A program made the translations under genes and the position numbers. The notes under the pieces were generated by a model. It saw only the letters and a list, made by a program, of their open reading frames with translations. It did no database searches and was not told the origin of the DNA. A stretch of DNA of 64,000 nucleotides. It comes from Stegostoma tigrinum (lineage: Eukaryota). How positions within the stretch are numbered: the stretch's first letter is position 1; the number at the start of each line of letters is the position of its first letter. Shown one piece after another: positions 1-13,400 of this stretch. Location: the NCBI RefSeq assembly GCF_030684315.1, contig NC_081365.1:40880985-40944984 (forward strand), read 5' to 3'.

Positions 1-112
1 ACATGGGGGTAATGTGCAAACTCCACACAGACAGTCGCCCAAGGATTGAATTGAACCCAGGTCCCTGGCGCTGTGAGTCAACAGTGCAAACCACTGAACC
101 ACTGTGCCACCC
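1..112 (-). mobile_element. tRNA-derived V-SINE (HE1-like), 5' part, runs off window start
   Basis: Reverse complement reads gggtggcacagtggttcagtggtttgcactg...ctgggttcaattc...gactgtctgtgtggagtttgcac (A/B boxes plus V-domain); homologous to the copy at 17438-17800. Confidence 0.75.
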
Positions 113-1363
113 TAAACTTCATCACAATAGTCGTTCCCCTAATAGAGTTATTGTTAAAACAAGTAAAGATATGGTGGTCAAGCTTTGGAAAAGCTGAGGG
201 CAATCCAAACAAATGAATCAATGTTTGATATCCCTGAAATCACTAAACCTGTTAAAATGACAATTAATGCTTGTAATTTGGGTTGGGTACAGTTTTATGA
301 CAAGAAGATGAATCAGACATGGTGAAACCAACATTTTTCTAAGAAACTAAGTCAGCATGAAAAGAAATATTGTACAGTGGGAAAGGAAACTCTGAGATTG
401 TTACTGACTTTAAACATTTTAATGTTTATGTCCATCAAGACCACAAAGAAAAAAATGATATACACTATTTGGTGGAGTTTGCTAATTCAATCATGTGACA
501 TAAAGATTGTTCATTTGCTGGAAAGGATGATATCTTTGATGAGAAACTGTAAATGATGTAATGATATCGGAGATAAAGAAGGTGTCAATAAGCTGCATAA
601 ACTTGTATAATGAGCAGATGATAAATGTCAGTCGAATATTTTGTGTTTTATACAGTCTATGTTTTCACGCTTACATCAGAATGAACTAGATTTGTAAGTG
701 GTGTCTCATTTCCCAACGGTGGAGACATGTTGGAAATATATGTTTGTGTGGGCATATAATGTGAAAACTTGACGTTTTGGAGCTGCTTGGTCACTTTCTT
801 GATTGAAAAGGGCTTTTACCATGTGAGCTCTGGACAAAACGTGTGAACAATTTAATGCATGCGTGGCCTATCTGCTGTTTACAGAAAGCCAAAGGGCTGG
901 AGAATAAGATAAGCAAAACTTTCAGGCTGAAAAGAAAATATGGTTTATGGCCTTTACTGTTGGAATACCGATTTTGGAAATATCTTTCCTGATGGTTGCC
1001 CAGCAGCTGTTTCTGGATTTGACTGCTGTTTTCACAAACATAGATGGTTTTTCAGGAAGGAAACCGCTCTCACTCTTTCACTCATTAGAAATTCTCGGGA
1101 AACTGATGAAGTTTTCAAATATCAGCATTTACGACGATTGATGTAATAAAACTGAGCTCTTGCTCCTTTCCTAATACTTAGATACAGCCTGATTTCAATC
1201 CAAAATGAAGACCATCAATCTACAGTTGACAGCAATTTAATTTTGTTTGCATGAATACCAATGATCCATAAAATTTAATAAAATCTTATCCTTTGTTTTC
1301 AGATCCTTGGCCAATAGGGGTGCTTTTCCTTTTGCCTTTTTTAAAGAGCTATCATATCTGCAG

Positions 1364-1535
1364 GGATAACACAGTGTGGAGCTGGAGGAACACAGCAGGC
1401 CAGGCAGCATCAGAGGAGCAGGATGGTTGACATTTCAGGTCGGAACCCTTCTTTAGAAATGGGGGAGGGGAAAGGAAGCTCAGAAAGAAATAGAGAGAGG
1501 GGTGGGGCCGGAGAAGGTAGGTGGGATTTCTCAGC
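1364..1535 (-). mobile_element. Penelope-like element 3' end (older subfamily) with degenerate hammerhead
   Basis: gataacacagtgtggagctggaggaacacagcaggccaggcagcatc...gacatttcaggtcggaacccttct followed by a G-rich tract; matches the reverse complement of the PLE 3' end at 23900-24148. Confidence 0.7.
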
Positions 1536-2039
1536 TGCCTTCCCCCTCCCTCATCACAAAACTCCATCTTCCCAATGTTTTCAATGTGCCCTAATTTTGA
1601 CTTTTTAAAATCTGGTACCCTACTAGGCCAAATGACATCTGAGAGTTACCAGCCTTTATTGTACCTAATATTGCTATGTCCCATATTTTTACAGTGACAT
1701 TGGTGGCATTCTCTTGTTTTGTGAAGACAGGTTCATTTGATATCGCCGTATCCAAGGCTAGATGTTTTTCTGGTTCGTAACTAGTTCAACCCTTCCTTTG
1801 AATATCTTTTTACTATTTGTGGGTTAATAAGACTTTGTTTCCTGTTACACCATCTTTTGTCTCTATTATTTCATTCTTTACTTTTCTGTACCTCTACCGA
1901 ATGTATTCTGTTGGTTCTCTACTGTCTTCATTTAACTTTATTTATCATCAAACTGGAAACCCTCAGCAACTCAAGTAGCATCTGTGTAATGAGAAACAGA
2001 GTCAAATGCATTCCAAAACCAATGATTACTTTTCTTTGT

Positions 2040-2560
2040 TTTGTGGGTTGCATGCATCACTCGCATGGCCAGCTTTATTTGCCACTCTAAATTGCTCTTG
2101 AGAAGATGACCACCTTCCTGCGCCACTGGACTCCATGTGGCATGGATATACCTATGCTGCAGGTGAGGATGGAGTTCTAGGATTTTGACTAAATGACAGC
2201 AAGGGTACTATGCTTGGTTAGTTACTGAGATGGCAACTTGTCAGTGATCTCTGCTGCACTTATCTTCCTAAGTGGTAAAGGCCATTGTATTTGGAAAGTG
2301 TTGTTGAAAGAGGATTGGCGAGCTGCTGCAGTGCATTTGTAAATGGCAATTACTGCTGTCACTGTGCTGGTGGAGAGAGGGAATGTTTAAAGTGATGGAT
2401 TATTGCAGTTTATGGGCTTTCTTTGCTTGGAATATTGTCAAGCTTCTTGAGTATTTTGGAGTTGCACTCATCCAAGTAGTAGAATGTAATGCATTGCACT
2501 CCTAAATTGTTCCTTGTGGAGATTGTGGACAGGCTATGGGTTAATTGCTACTTGTCAACT
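2040..2560 (-). mobile_element. Degenerate L2/CR1-like LINE 3' fragment
   Basis: Starts with the reverse complement of the shared 3' tail (gctttatttgcc...aattgctcttgagaag); similar to 11905-13400 and 22540-22980. Confidence 0.5.
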
Positions 2561-5469
2561 TTGCCACCTGACTGTCTGTCCTGCCTGACTTGCTGATTGT
2601 TTCCTGTATTTTCAACTTCTAACGCTGATTTCCAATATCATGGTATGTTGCTTTGATTTAACCACCTGGCTGATGATCGCAGAACTCTAATGTCCATGGG
2701 ATTATTGAGAAATACTGAAGAAGATGGATCTGCAGCTGTATATTGTCCACAAAAATAGACATAAGACCAGTACCTATTGTAAAACAGACCCTCTAATTGT
2801 TCTTTAAACCTGTTTTTCATTGCACATCTCACTTAAGACCTTGTGATATAAAAGAACTGTTGAGGGGAAAGTATTGAAGTTAAATTAATAAGTTGTTACA
2901 GTTTAGATTTCTGCCCTAGTCAATCAACTTGCTCATCTTATAGGAGTCTTGCGCTTGGTATAATACCCACTACAGGCTAATACTTCATATAATACCACTA
3001 ATTATATTTTATTTTCATTTAGATTGTAGCAGGTTGCAGAGCCCACAAAGGATAATGGGAAATTTAGCATTTAAGAAGTTTTGACAAAATGCAGCAGGGC
3101 ATAAAAGCTACAGGATTCTATGAGCAAAACAGGAAACATTGAAGAAACCAGTCAGTTAGAGGAAGGCACCGTGGTAAAGGATATTAAAAAATCAGGTGGA
3201 AGTGAAGTTTTTTGCACGAGGCAGTTGTTTTGATGTGAATTATGTAGTCAAAGGAGAAATTTACATGGCTATGGAAAAACAGCAAGGGAGTGGGATTATT
3301 AGATAGCTTTTCATAAGTGTTGATGCTGATGCAATGGACCAGATGGCCTTCTTGTGTGTTGTATGATCCAAGTCTTCTATAAATTCAGCTGAGTCAGCTT
3401 ATAGACAATATGGTCTGAAAAGTAATAATAGAATAAATTAGATCATGTCAAGACTATAGTAACAATGTATTGGCTAGACGATTAATAGGGGTTACATCCG
3501 TTTTGAGACAATGGGAAAAATACTCAGAAAGCACTCACAGGATTTCAGGTGAATAATGTAAGGAACAGAATATGATGACATGAAGACTACAGATAAGGAC
3601 ATGGACTTCACCAGGAATTTAGTTACGTCTAAACAAGATATTATCATCAAAGATTACAATTTAAGGAATTTGTGCTATCCTTTCAGAGGGGGTTGTCAAT
3701 TGATTAGTGAATAGAATAGTGTAGGTTAGATGGGCTTCAGATTGGTTTCACAGGTAGGTGCAACATTGAGGGCCGAAGGAAACGTGCTGCGTTGTAGTGT
3801 TCTGTGATCGCATATAGGAGATAGAGAATGGAAAGGGAATCATATTTGATTGCTGGCTTACATATATTGTCCCCCTGAGATTTGCACTACAGTCTCAGCA
3901 TTTTATAACATATGTCAATGGCTTGTTGGGCTTTCAAAAATTAGATTAAAAAGAAGCCCTATATACATTGTAGGACAATTATTCCCTTGTCCCCCTTACC
4001 TGTCTTGTCTGGTCAATTAGAACCAGGGTACTTCATATCCCCCATGATTAATATTCTACATTTTGTAATCAATTCCCTAATTTTTCTGCATATTTCTTCC
4101 TTTGCTTCCCTTCCACAATTTAGTAGGCTGTAAAGTACACCTTGCAGTGTAGCAGATCATTTGTTATCTTCATCTTTATCCAAATGAATTCTACTTTTTG
4201 TTTTGTTGACAGTTGTGTTCCTTTATTTCTCCTGTCATTCTATTATCCCAGGTAAGTAAAGCTACTCTTTTTCCCATTTTCCCTCTCTATCCTTTCTGAA
4301 TAGGTTATACTTTGCAATATTTACTTCATAGTCTTGATTTTCCCACATCCATATTTCAATAATCTCTACTGTGACTGGTTTCACCTAACACATGGTTGCC
4401 TCCAGCTGTTTTGTTTCACTACAGACACTGTGTGCATTGCTTTTAAAAAACCATTAATTATCTTCTTAGAATCCAGTTCTATAACACTAATTGAGATATT
4501 AGGAGGAAAATTAATAGTGCGGATACAGCAGGTTTCTGAACAAGAAAGCATAATCTTAAAATTAGAGCTAGTCCATCTGGGATCTGTCATATTTTTCACG
4601 TAAAAATTATATTGGAAATCTGGAATTACTTCCACTTGAATTGTTCAAACTGATGTCAACAGATTTTTTCGGTTAGGTAATGAAATAAGAGATAACAACA
4701 ACTTGCATTAACATGGCAAAGTTAATGTAATAAACTGGCCCAATGTCTTCAGAGGAATGGTATCAAACAAACTTTAATGCTGGAGAAAAAGACCTGTGAT
4801 AGAATGAAGGCTGGATAAGATTCTACCACAGACCCTCTCCTTTGTTCTTCTCACCTGTGTCCACTGACATTAAAATGCATAAATTTCTATTTTTTTCAGG
4901 TTTCATGAAAGGTCACTAGCTAAGATTTTAGATTTATTTCTGTCCATAGATGCTGCCTGAGCTCCTGAGTTTCCCAGCCTTTCTTATTTCAGATTACCAG
5001 CATCTGCCGATTTTTGCTTTTGTAACTTTAGCAAATTATCCAGCTAAGAAAATATTAGGGTGGTTGACCTCAAACTGGCCAGAGGCTTGTTTTAAGGTGC
5101 ATCTTAAAGAAGAAATAATGGAAAGAAGTACAAAAAGTCAGAGCAGAAGGCTCGGTGATGTCATGAATAGACATTGGGCGAGGTCTCCCAGTCTGTTACA
5201 GTTCCAGATGGGATACCAAATGGAATTAAAGCGCCATGACCTCATACATAGGCAAAACATAATTGAAAGGCTGGATGGACTTCCACTGTTCTGAGCTTTC
5301 TTTTTCCTGCTCCTGCCCAACCTGTTGCAAACTCCAACCCTGCTTCTTCTCAATTCCCCTTGGTTTCATTGATAAATTCATTCAGCTTTCAATTTACGTT
5401 TATAAACACCATTCATGGCAGTCAACAACCAAGCAGCCGGCCAAGTAAAATCTCGCATTGCTCTTCAAT

Positions 5470-5810
5470 ACCCTCAGCCACCGCAAACCATGGCGCAAGC
5501 GCACCGCGGGCCGCCGCATAAACCTGGCAACCAGTGCGTCATGAGCTGACAGTTTTGTCTGCGTTGCCAAGGGATTGTTGCCATGCTAACCGGTGACTCG
5601 TGCCCGGCAGCTGTTGGAAAGAGAACGGATTTTGAACGCAGCATTCGAGCGGCAACCAAAGTGGGAGGCAGCCGGAAGGGTGGTCGCTGAGAAAGTGAGG
5701 CAGCGGATGGTGCAGCAAGGTCGCCATGCACAGGTGGGTGACAGCAGCACTCCCGTCCTATACTAAAGGGTGTCCAGCGCCGCTCACAGTTTAAAGGCCG
5801 GATTTTGGGG
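5470..5810 (+). promoter_or_regulatory. CCDC181: CpG-rich promoter / probable non-coding first exon of CCDC181 (candidate donor CAG|GTGGGT at 5733/5734)
   Basis: Clearest non-repeat CpG-dense stretch in the window. Contains X-box motifs and a good splice donor. The first coding exon at 24957 has a splice acceptor, so an upstream UTR exon is needed. The link to CCDC181 is inferred. Confidence 0.6.
5563..5590. promoter_or_regulatory. Tandem RFX X-box motifs (GTTGCCAAGGGATT, GTTGCCATGCTAAC)
   Basis: 5577-5590 closely matches the X-box consensus GTTGCCATGGCAAC. A weaker copy lies directly upstream, with GGCAAC half-sites near 5526 and 5651. Confidence 0.7.
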
Positions 5811-6227
5811 CTCGCTATTTTCCCTGTTCTATTTTTGCAAGCTGCTAATAAACCTGTCCCTGGATGTTATAACAGAACTCGAAGCAGGTGGAACCTGAAT
5901 CTAGATGTCTTGGTTCAAAGGTAGGGATGAGACCACTATACCAACCCTAATGTAGTAGTTTTGACTCTGGCACACTGAATACGGAACAACTTTATTCAGT
6001 TAACGAACAATCCAAATTACGGACCTTTTAAAAGAAGTGTGTAATATAAATTCGCAAACGATTTTTGATATCTTGTAGGATATGCAGCCATCTTGTTTAT
6101 TTATTAATAGCTGCATCTGTATTCGCAAATGATTTTTGACTGTGTTAAAAATGTAGAAAGTGAAGACAAATACTTAACGACACATTTGACGAATAAAGGC
6201 CAAGTAACTGCCGACGCTAAACATCGA

Positions 6228-6420
6228 AAACAAAAGCAGCAATTACTGGAAAAACTCAGCAGGTCTGGCAGCGTCTTTGTGGAGAAAACAGATTAACGTT
6301 TCGGTCTCGGTGACTGTTCAGTTCGAAAGAAGGATCATTGTATCTGAAACATTAACTCTGCTTTCTCTGCACAGACGCTGCGAGACCTGCTGAGTTTTTC
6401 CAGCAATTTCTGTTTTAGTT
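6228..6420. mobile_element. Older PLE-derived foldback element (second family)
   Basis: Inverted arms ctggaaaaactcagcaggtctggcagcgtct / agacgctgcgagacctgctgagtttttccag with hammerhead-like remnants (aacgtttcgg...ttcag; tgaaacatt) at the centre. Confidence 0.65.
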
Positions 6421-6648
6421 TATCAACGCATTTGATCGGGTATTGCTGTGCGTTATCTGTAAAATTATGTAATTGAGTTATAAATAGGATTCTATTAATT
6501 TTATTTTTTTTAAAAATTGATTTGCTTACGATAGTTACGTATAAGCAATGATTTTCTTTTTAACATTTGGTCATCTTCAAATATGATGTTTAAAACGGTG
6601 ATGCATGACAATGATCACGCTGTTTGAAAGTTGGGTCATGTATCTCCT

Positions 6649-8442
6649 CATGTATCCCCCAACACCTCATATTCACCATGGACGTCCAGTCCCTGTACAC
6701 CTGCATTCCGCATGGAGATGGCCTCAAGGTCCTCCACTTCTTCCTGTCCCACAGGCCAGACCAGTCCCCCTCCACCGACACTCTCATCCGCCTAGCTGAA
6801 CTCGTCCTCACACTCAACAACTTCTCTTTTGACTCCTCCCACTTCCTACAGACTAAGGGGGTGGCCATGGGCACCCGCATGGGCCCCAGCTATGCCTACC
6901 TCTTTGTAGGTTACGTGGAACAGTCCCTCTTCTGCACCTACCCAGGCCCCAAACCCCACCTCTTCCTCCGGTACATTGATGACTGTATCGGCGCCGCCTC
7001 TTGCTCCCCAGAGGAGCTCGAACAGTTCATTCACTTCACCAACACCTTCCACCCCAACCTTCAGTTCACCTGGGCCATCTCCAGCACATCCCTCACCTTC
7101 CTGGACCTCTCAGTCTCCATCTCAGGCAACCAGCTTGTAACTGATGTCCATTTCAAGCCCACCGACTCCCACAGCTACCTAGAATACACCTCCTCCCACC
7201 CACCCTCCTGCAAAAATTCCATCCCCTATTCCCAATTCCTCCGCCTCCGCCACATCTGCTCCCACGATAAGACATTCCACTCCCGCACATCCCAGATGTC
7301 CAAGTTCTTTAAGGACCGCAACTTTCCCCCCACAGTGATCAAGAACGCCCTTGACCGCGTCTCCCGTATTTCCCGCAACACATCCCTCACACCCCACCCC
7401 CGCCACAACCGCCCCAAGAGGATCCCCCTCGTTCTCACACACCACCCTACCAACCTCCGGATACAACGCATTATCCTCCGACACTTCCGCCATTTACAAT
7501 CCGACCCCACCACCCAAGACATTTTTCCATCCCCTCCCCTGTCAGCTTTCCGGAGAGACCACTCTCTCCGTGACTCCCTTGTTCGCTCCACACTGCCCTC
7601 CAACTCCACCACACCCGGCACCTTCCCCTGCAACCGCAGGAAATGCTACACTTGTCCCCACACCACCTCCCTCACCCCCATCCCGGGCCCCAAGATGACA
7701 TTCCACATTAAGCAGAGGTTCACCTGCACATCTGCCAATGTGGTATACTGCATCCACTGTACCCAGTGCGGCTTCCTCTACATTGGGGAAACCAAGTGGA
7801 GGCTCGGGGACCGCTTTGCAGAATACCTCCGCTCAGTTCGCAACAAACAACTGCACCTCCCAGTCGCAAACCATTTCCACTCCCCCTCCCATTCTCTAGA
7901 TGACATGTCCAACATGGGCCTCCTGCAGTGCCACAATGATGCCACCCGAAGGTTGCAGGAACAGCAACTCATATTCCGCCTGGGAACCCTGCAGCCATAT
8001 GGTATCAATGTGGACTTCACCAGTTTCAAAATCTCCCCTTCCCCTACTGCATCCCTAAACCAGCCCAGTTCGTCCCCTCCCCCCACTGCACCACACAACC
8101 AGCCCAGCTCTTCCCCCCCCCACCCACTGCATCCCAAACCCAGTCCAACCTGTCTCTGCCTCCCTAACCGGTTCTTCCTCTCACCCATCCCTTCCTCCCA
8201 CCCCAAGCCGTACCCCCAGCTACCTACTAACCTCATCCCACCTCCTTGACCTGTCCGTCTTCCCTGGACTGACCTATCCCCTCCCTACCTCCCCACCCAC
8301 ACTCTCTCCACCTATCTTCTTTACTCTCCATCTTCGGTCCGCCTCCCCCTCTCTGATGAAGGGTCTAGGCCCGAAATGTCAGCTTTTGTGCTCCTGAGAT
8401 GCTGCTTGGCCTGCTGTGTTCATCCAGCCTTACATTTTATTA
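6649..8442 (+). mobile_element. Penelope-like retroelement (Neptune-type), 5'-truncated; uninterrupted RT C-half + GIY-YIG endonuclease ORF (to 8249), 3' UTR with hammerhead motif
   Basis: ORF 6624-8249 has FTMDVQSLYT, QTKGVAMGTRMGPSYA, RYIDD, Cys linker CNRRKCYTCPH and VVYCIHC..CGFLYIGET. 13-bp TSD TCATGTATCTCCT at 6636-6648 and 8443-8455. Confidence 0.93.
8351..8382 (+). ncRNA. Minimal type I hammerhead ribozyme motif (stem III CG>TG mutated)
   Basis: ct-CTGATGA-agggtctaggccc-GAAA-tg-TC-ag. Confidence 0.65.
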
Positions 8443-11400
8443 TCATGTATCTCCTGTATGGTTTTCTGAATTAGTTATCACTTTTTAGGATTGGGGATAC
8501 TAAATGTAGATTAAATGTAAATCAAGCTGTATACCTCGCTTCTGTTCATAGCTGGTATGATTTTGATTCTGTCTTCCCAGGTTTACATTCCTTCCTGCAC
8601 AATCATTCTAGTGGGGCGGAAATTTTATTTTTAGGTTCCAACATTATTCTAACCAAGTAGAATATGCTCCCTTTTGAGTGTAGTTCAGTCTTCCAATTTA
8701 AACATTAGTCACTAATTGGTTTCCTACCCTTTTTACATATTTAATCTTCAGATTTGTTAGCCTTTTGATATTCATGTACATAACTTGCGTAATACAGCCT
8801 TTATTCAGCGTGAGTTATTTAACTCTTCTAAAGCTATTGTTGACAGAATCCCACCATGTATAACTTGAACTGTTGACTTTTACATGTTCCCTCTACCTTA
8901 GTTAAATTGAAGGTGTCCTGTCTTGGCCAATCCTATAAAAATTGTGTACACAACTGGACTTTACCTTTTTTGTGAGATGATGACTAATTTAAATGTTTGT
9001 TTAATTTCATTGCCTATATGGCAAGCATTGTTAATAAAGTACATGGTAGTTATTAAAATATTTTATTAGCTTCACTTTTAAACGGAAGTTGTGGAATCAG
9101 AATATTGAACAAAAAATTTAGACTGATACATAAATTCAGTACTGAGGGAATTCTGTGTTACCAGCATTGCTGTGTTTCAGTTGAGACTTTAATAGAGGTC
9201 CTTGACTGCTGTCTGCAACTGACATTAAAGTTTCAAGGTACTGTTTAATGAACAGAAGCGAGATCACTGAAACATATATGACCTAGATTCCCGATGGCCC
9301 AAAAGCCATGGGAGCAACTTAAACTGGACTGTGCAGAATCTCTGACACATCTGACTCCTTGGGCAATTCCCTGGAATTTGAATTGACTGATGGCAATTCC
9401 CCTGCACTTGTACCCTTTGAAAATGTACAATAAAGTCAGAGAATTCAAAGGTTTCTGATGCAGTTAAGCTCAATACGTACCCAGGAAAAATTATAGGATC
9501 TAAAACATATCCTGACGTCTGAGTGAGTGTTAACCTGAAGTCCGCACCCACCACTGAGCCCCACAAGCACACTTCCTCAACCTTTTACTCTCCATTGGAC
9601 CCCTAGCTCCCACCCTCTAACCAGTTCACCCTTCTATCAAACCAACTTCTCCACCCACTATACTGGCCTGATCCCCTAAGAAATGACACTTTTTCCCACC
9701 TGTTGAACTGAAAATACTTATCCCTTCCTGGATCTTGGTCCTACATTTCCACTCCAATGGATCCAACAACTCCCAACCCAAACCTACCAGCCTCGGCTAC
9801 CACACCACCTCCCTCTGAGTTCCTCTTATGCCAATCACTGGCCTGATGCAAGCCCCTCTTTCCCCAACCCCTAACCAACCTGCACCCACCTGACCACACC
9901 TTGATGGAATTGGCAATTTCTCCACACCCCCACGCTGGTCTGTTTGAGCCTGGACATGATGACATTGCTGCCTGGCCTTTTCCCTGACCCAAAACCCCTA
10001 ATTTACCCTACGCACTGATTCACGCTTGCGACTCTACCGACATCACCCACCTCTTCCACCTGGCACTCTTACCCACACTGATCTTAACCTAGTTAGCTTT
10101 TCACAGAGGTTGCCAAAGTGCTGGCTGTGCTGCTGGACTTTTAAATTATGGAACATAACTGCAAATGGGGATGTGGATTCTAAGAAGATTTTCCTGGCTG
10201 GATTGTAAATCCTGGAAAGATTCATAACTGGAGGCCCCTGAAATAGGGTTTCTGATTTTGATCAGAATATTTAGAAAAATTTGCTCATTCGTTTGCATAC
10301 ATTATAAGTGATTGTACTTTAACAAAACGTATTGATTGTGAAGCACTTTGCAAGGTTATGAAAGATATTGTATAAATGTTGGTTCCTATTGCCTTATAAT
10401 GCCACTTAATTGGTTAAAATAGGAGCTTCAATGAATGCAGATTTTTCTTAACTGCCATATTATATTATATTGGTGAATGTGACAGAATTCTGGTATTGAT
10501 ACAGTATATATGATACTACAATTTATATTTTTGAATGGGACAAATAGAATTTGTTACAGCTAAGTTCCCACCCAGAAAATTTTACTTTGTGCATTTTAAA
10601 ATACCTTAAATGCCTTGCTTGTTAACTGAACCAATTCCTCTGCTGGTGTATGAGTGAAAAAATGTTAGTACTACTACATTTTATGAAGCTTTTACTTTGT
10701 TCACTCTTTTGTTATAAGCTTTCTGTTCCAGGTGATTGAAAATACTGACAACGTTCAGTTTGACATTTTATATTATGTTGCAGGCTTTAAATTTCATGCC
10801 TCTGCATCTGTAGCTATAAGAACAACTCAATACTGCATTCATGTAAAAGTCATTTGAATGTTGTATTAGCTATGAGGAGCACAAGCATAGACATGCAACA
10901 TAATAAATTATCATGTTTACTTCACTATAGCAACCCCAGTGTGCTTTCTTAAATTACTCCACCTTTTGTGTCGAATTTTGGTTTCAAATGTAGCAAAATG
11001 AGTAGACTGAATTGTAATTTTTATGCCATAATCTTTTTGTTGGTTCTGTGGTGTACAGTCCTTTTTAAATGTTTTGTTCAAAATTTGCTGTTTGCACTAA
11101 GTGACTAATGTAATTGAAACTAGCTGCAAGATCTGTACATAAGCAAGGTGCTTGTACAAGAAAACAAAATGCAGCATGTCAAAATGCTCGATTATAGTTG
11201 TGTTTTGTGTACAATTATGGTGGTACAATTGGTAACCACAGGAACCAGGGTATGTGGTCAGGCATGAAGGTGAGGAGCTATGTGACAACATACCTGTGGT
11301 CTAGAAATAGGTAGAAAACTGGAAATAGTTAGAAAATAACCATATACGCATTACGGTCCCAGTTCCAACTGTTGTTTTGTGCTGATTTAACTGGCATGTG

Positions 11401-11574
11401 GGTTTGCTTTGATATTTTCTCAAAGAAGTGAAAATTGATTCGGTGTTCAATCATGTTTGTTGTCCTTGTCAGAAAGCGCATTTATTGTGACTGGAAAATT
11501 GGGCTAGACTTTGGTATAATGCTCTCCAGCTTTATCACTCCCAACATTTTTGACATCCTAGGTCTAAATATGAA

Positions 11575-11789
11575 GGTAAAATGTCAAAGAACTGTGGAGG
11601 CTGTAAATCAAGAACAAACAGAAAATGCTGGAAAAGCTCAATGGATCTGGCAGCATCTGTGAAGAAAAATCAGAGTTAATGTTTTGGGTCTTAAGGAAGG
11701 GTCACTGAAACCAAAATATTAACTTTGATTTTTCTTCACAGATGATGCCAGACCTGCTGAGATTTTCCAGCAACTTCTGTTTTTGTTCT
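11575..11789. mobile_element. Older PLE-derived asymmetric foldback element (second family)
   Basis: Inverted arms (gctggaaaagctc...ggcagcatctgtgaagaaaaatcagagttaat / attaactttgatttttcttcacagatgatgccag...ccagc); 10-bp TSD TAAATATGAA at 11565-11574 and 11790-11799. Confidence 0.75.
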
Positions 11790-11904
11790 TAAATATGAAC
11801 TTGTTTGGTTGAGGACAAAATGGAACTGTACTTTAAAAATAATCAAGACCTACAGAAAAGCTGAAGAGGGAACAAATATTTGGGTAGGGGCAATATTTTA
11901 TGTT

Positions 11905-13400
11905 CATGGATAAGGTCAGCACTTATTGCTGATCCCTATATTCTCTTGAGAAGGTGATAGTAAGCTCCTTCTTGAACCATTGCAGTCCATGAAGAGCAGG
12001 TACACCTATAGTACTGTCAGGAAGATAATTGAAGAATTTTGGCCTAAGTAGTGAAGAAAAAGTGAAATAATTCCAAACCAGGATAGTATGAGGCTTAGGA
12101 GATAATTTTCAGTTGAGGGTGCTCACATATATCTATCTAACATCTAGATGTTTTTGCTTGCAGGTTTTGAAGTTTCTGTTGAAGGAGCTATAATAAATAG
12201 CTGTATTGCATTTTTATATGGGTATATACTGCTTCTCTGTGTTGGTTGTGGAGGAATTGACTTTTGAAATTCATTTTGAGGTGCTAATTAAGTTGGCTGC
12301 TTTGTCCTAGATGATATTGAGCTTCTTGCATAGTTTTGAAGTTTCTGTCATCCAGACGTGCGGCGAGGATTCCGTAATACTCCTGACATATATCTTACAG
12401 ATGGTGGGAAGGGTATGGGGAGTTAGGAGGTAAGTTACTAGCTGCAGAAGTTCTAACCTCTGATTTACTCATGTAGCCACAGTATTTATGTGGCTGATTC
12501 ACGTCATTTTCTGGTCAACAGATACACCCAGGATGTTGATAATGGGGCATACACCAATGGTAAAGTCTTTGAATGTCAGTGGGAAATAGATTATGTGTGT
12601 TGGAGATGATCATAGCTTGAGGTGCAAATGTTACTTCTCTGGTCTTGTTGCATATGTACACGGTCCACTGTATTCTTGCCTGTGCAAATGTTTATGCTGA
12701 ACATAATGCTAGCATCCACGAATATCCTTCTCCTGACCTTATGATAGAAGGACCACCATTGACAAAGCAGCTGAAGACTGTTGGGTCCATGTAGGAAGAA
12801 TAGCTCATTAAACTAAGAGTGACTCTAGTCTGACTCTGGGAAGTTTCTGCAAAAGTCCTTTTATTTGCACTGTAAAACATTGTTTACTGTGAGGTTTTGC
12901 ACCCATCTCTCTCTGAGACTGTTCTTTACATTTCCTTAGACTCTAACGTACGATTGCTAATAATAGTTAGATTAACAACTACATCACTACACTACAGTTA
13001 TAAATTGTGGTTGAATACGGTTCAACTGCTGCTTATGTCCCCCAGCATCTTATGGATTGCAGTTTCAGTTCTAAATCTATCTGATTTAGCATGCTGGTTG
13101 TGCCACACATCATCATGAAAGCAATTTTTGGCGTGAAGACAAGGCTTCATCTCCACAAAGACTGTGGGGTTGTTACTGTCATGAATAGATGCATCTGTGA
13201 CAGATAGATATGTAAGAAAGAAGTCAAGCTTTTCCTCCTTTTGGTTCTGTCACCACCTAATACAGAACCAGTCTAGCAGATATGTTCTTTATCACACAGC
13301 CAGCTCAGTTATTACTGGTGCTGCTAACCCATTCTTGATGTTGTCAACAACATTGGATTTTGTCACAAGCCTCCACATAGAAACAAGGAAATCTTTGTCA
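11905..13400 (-). mobile_element. Degenerate L2/CR1-like LINE
   Basis: Begins with the reverse complement of the 3' tail (cagcacttattgctgatccctatattctcttgagaaggtg); collinear with 2040-2560. The 5' boundary is approximate. Confidence 0.5.

Noticed and set aside
940-1146. Short ORFs followed by AATAAA as a terminal exon of an upstream gene such as SLC19A2
   Set aside because: No recognisable similarity to a thiamine transporter C-terminus and no convincing splice acceptor.
6590-8236. Several antisense and alternative-frame ORFs over the PLE
   Set aside because: By-products of the C-rich PLE coding strand, with no independent motifs.
9530-10130. C-rich strand-biased tract as a possible unannotated element or G-quadruplex array
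   Set aside because: No regular period, termini or TSD could be discerned; most likely an old degenerate repeat.
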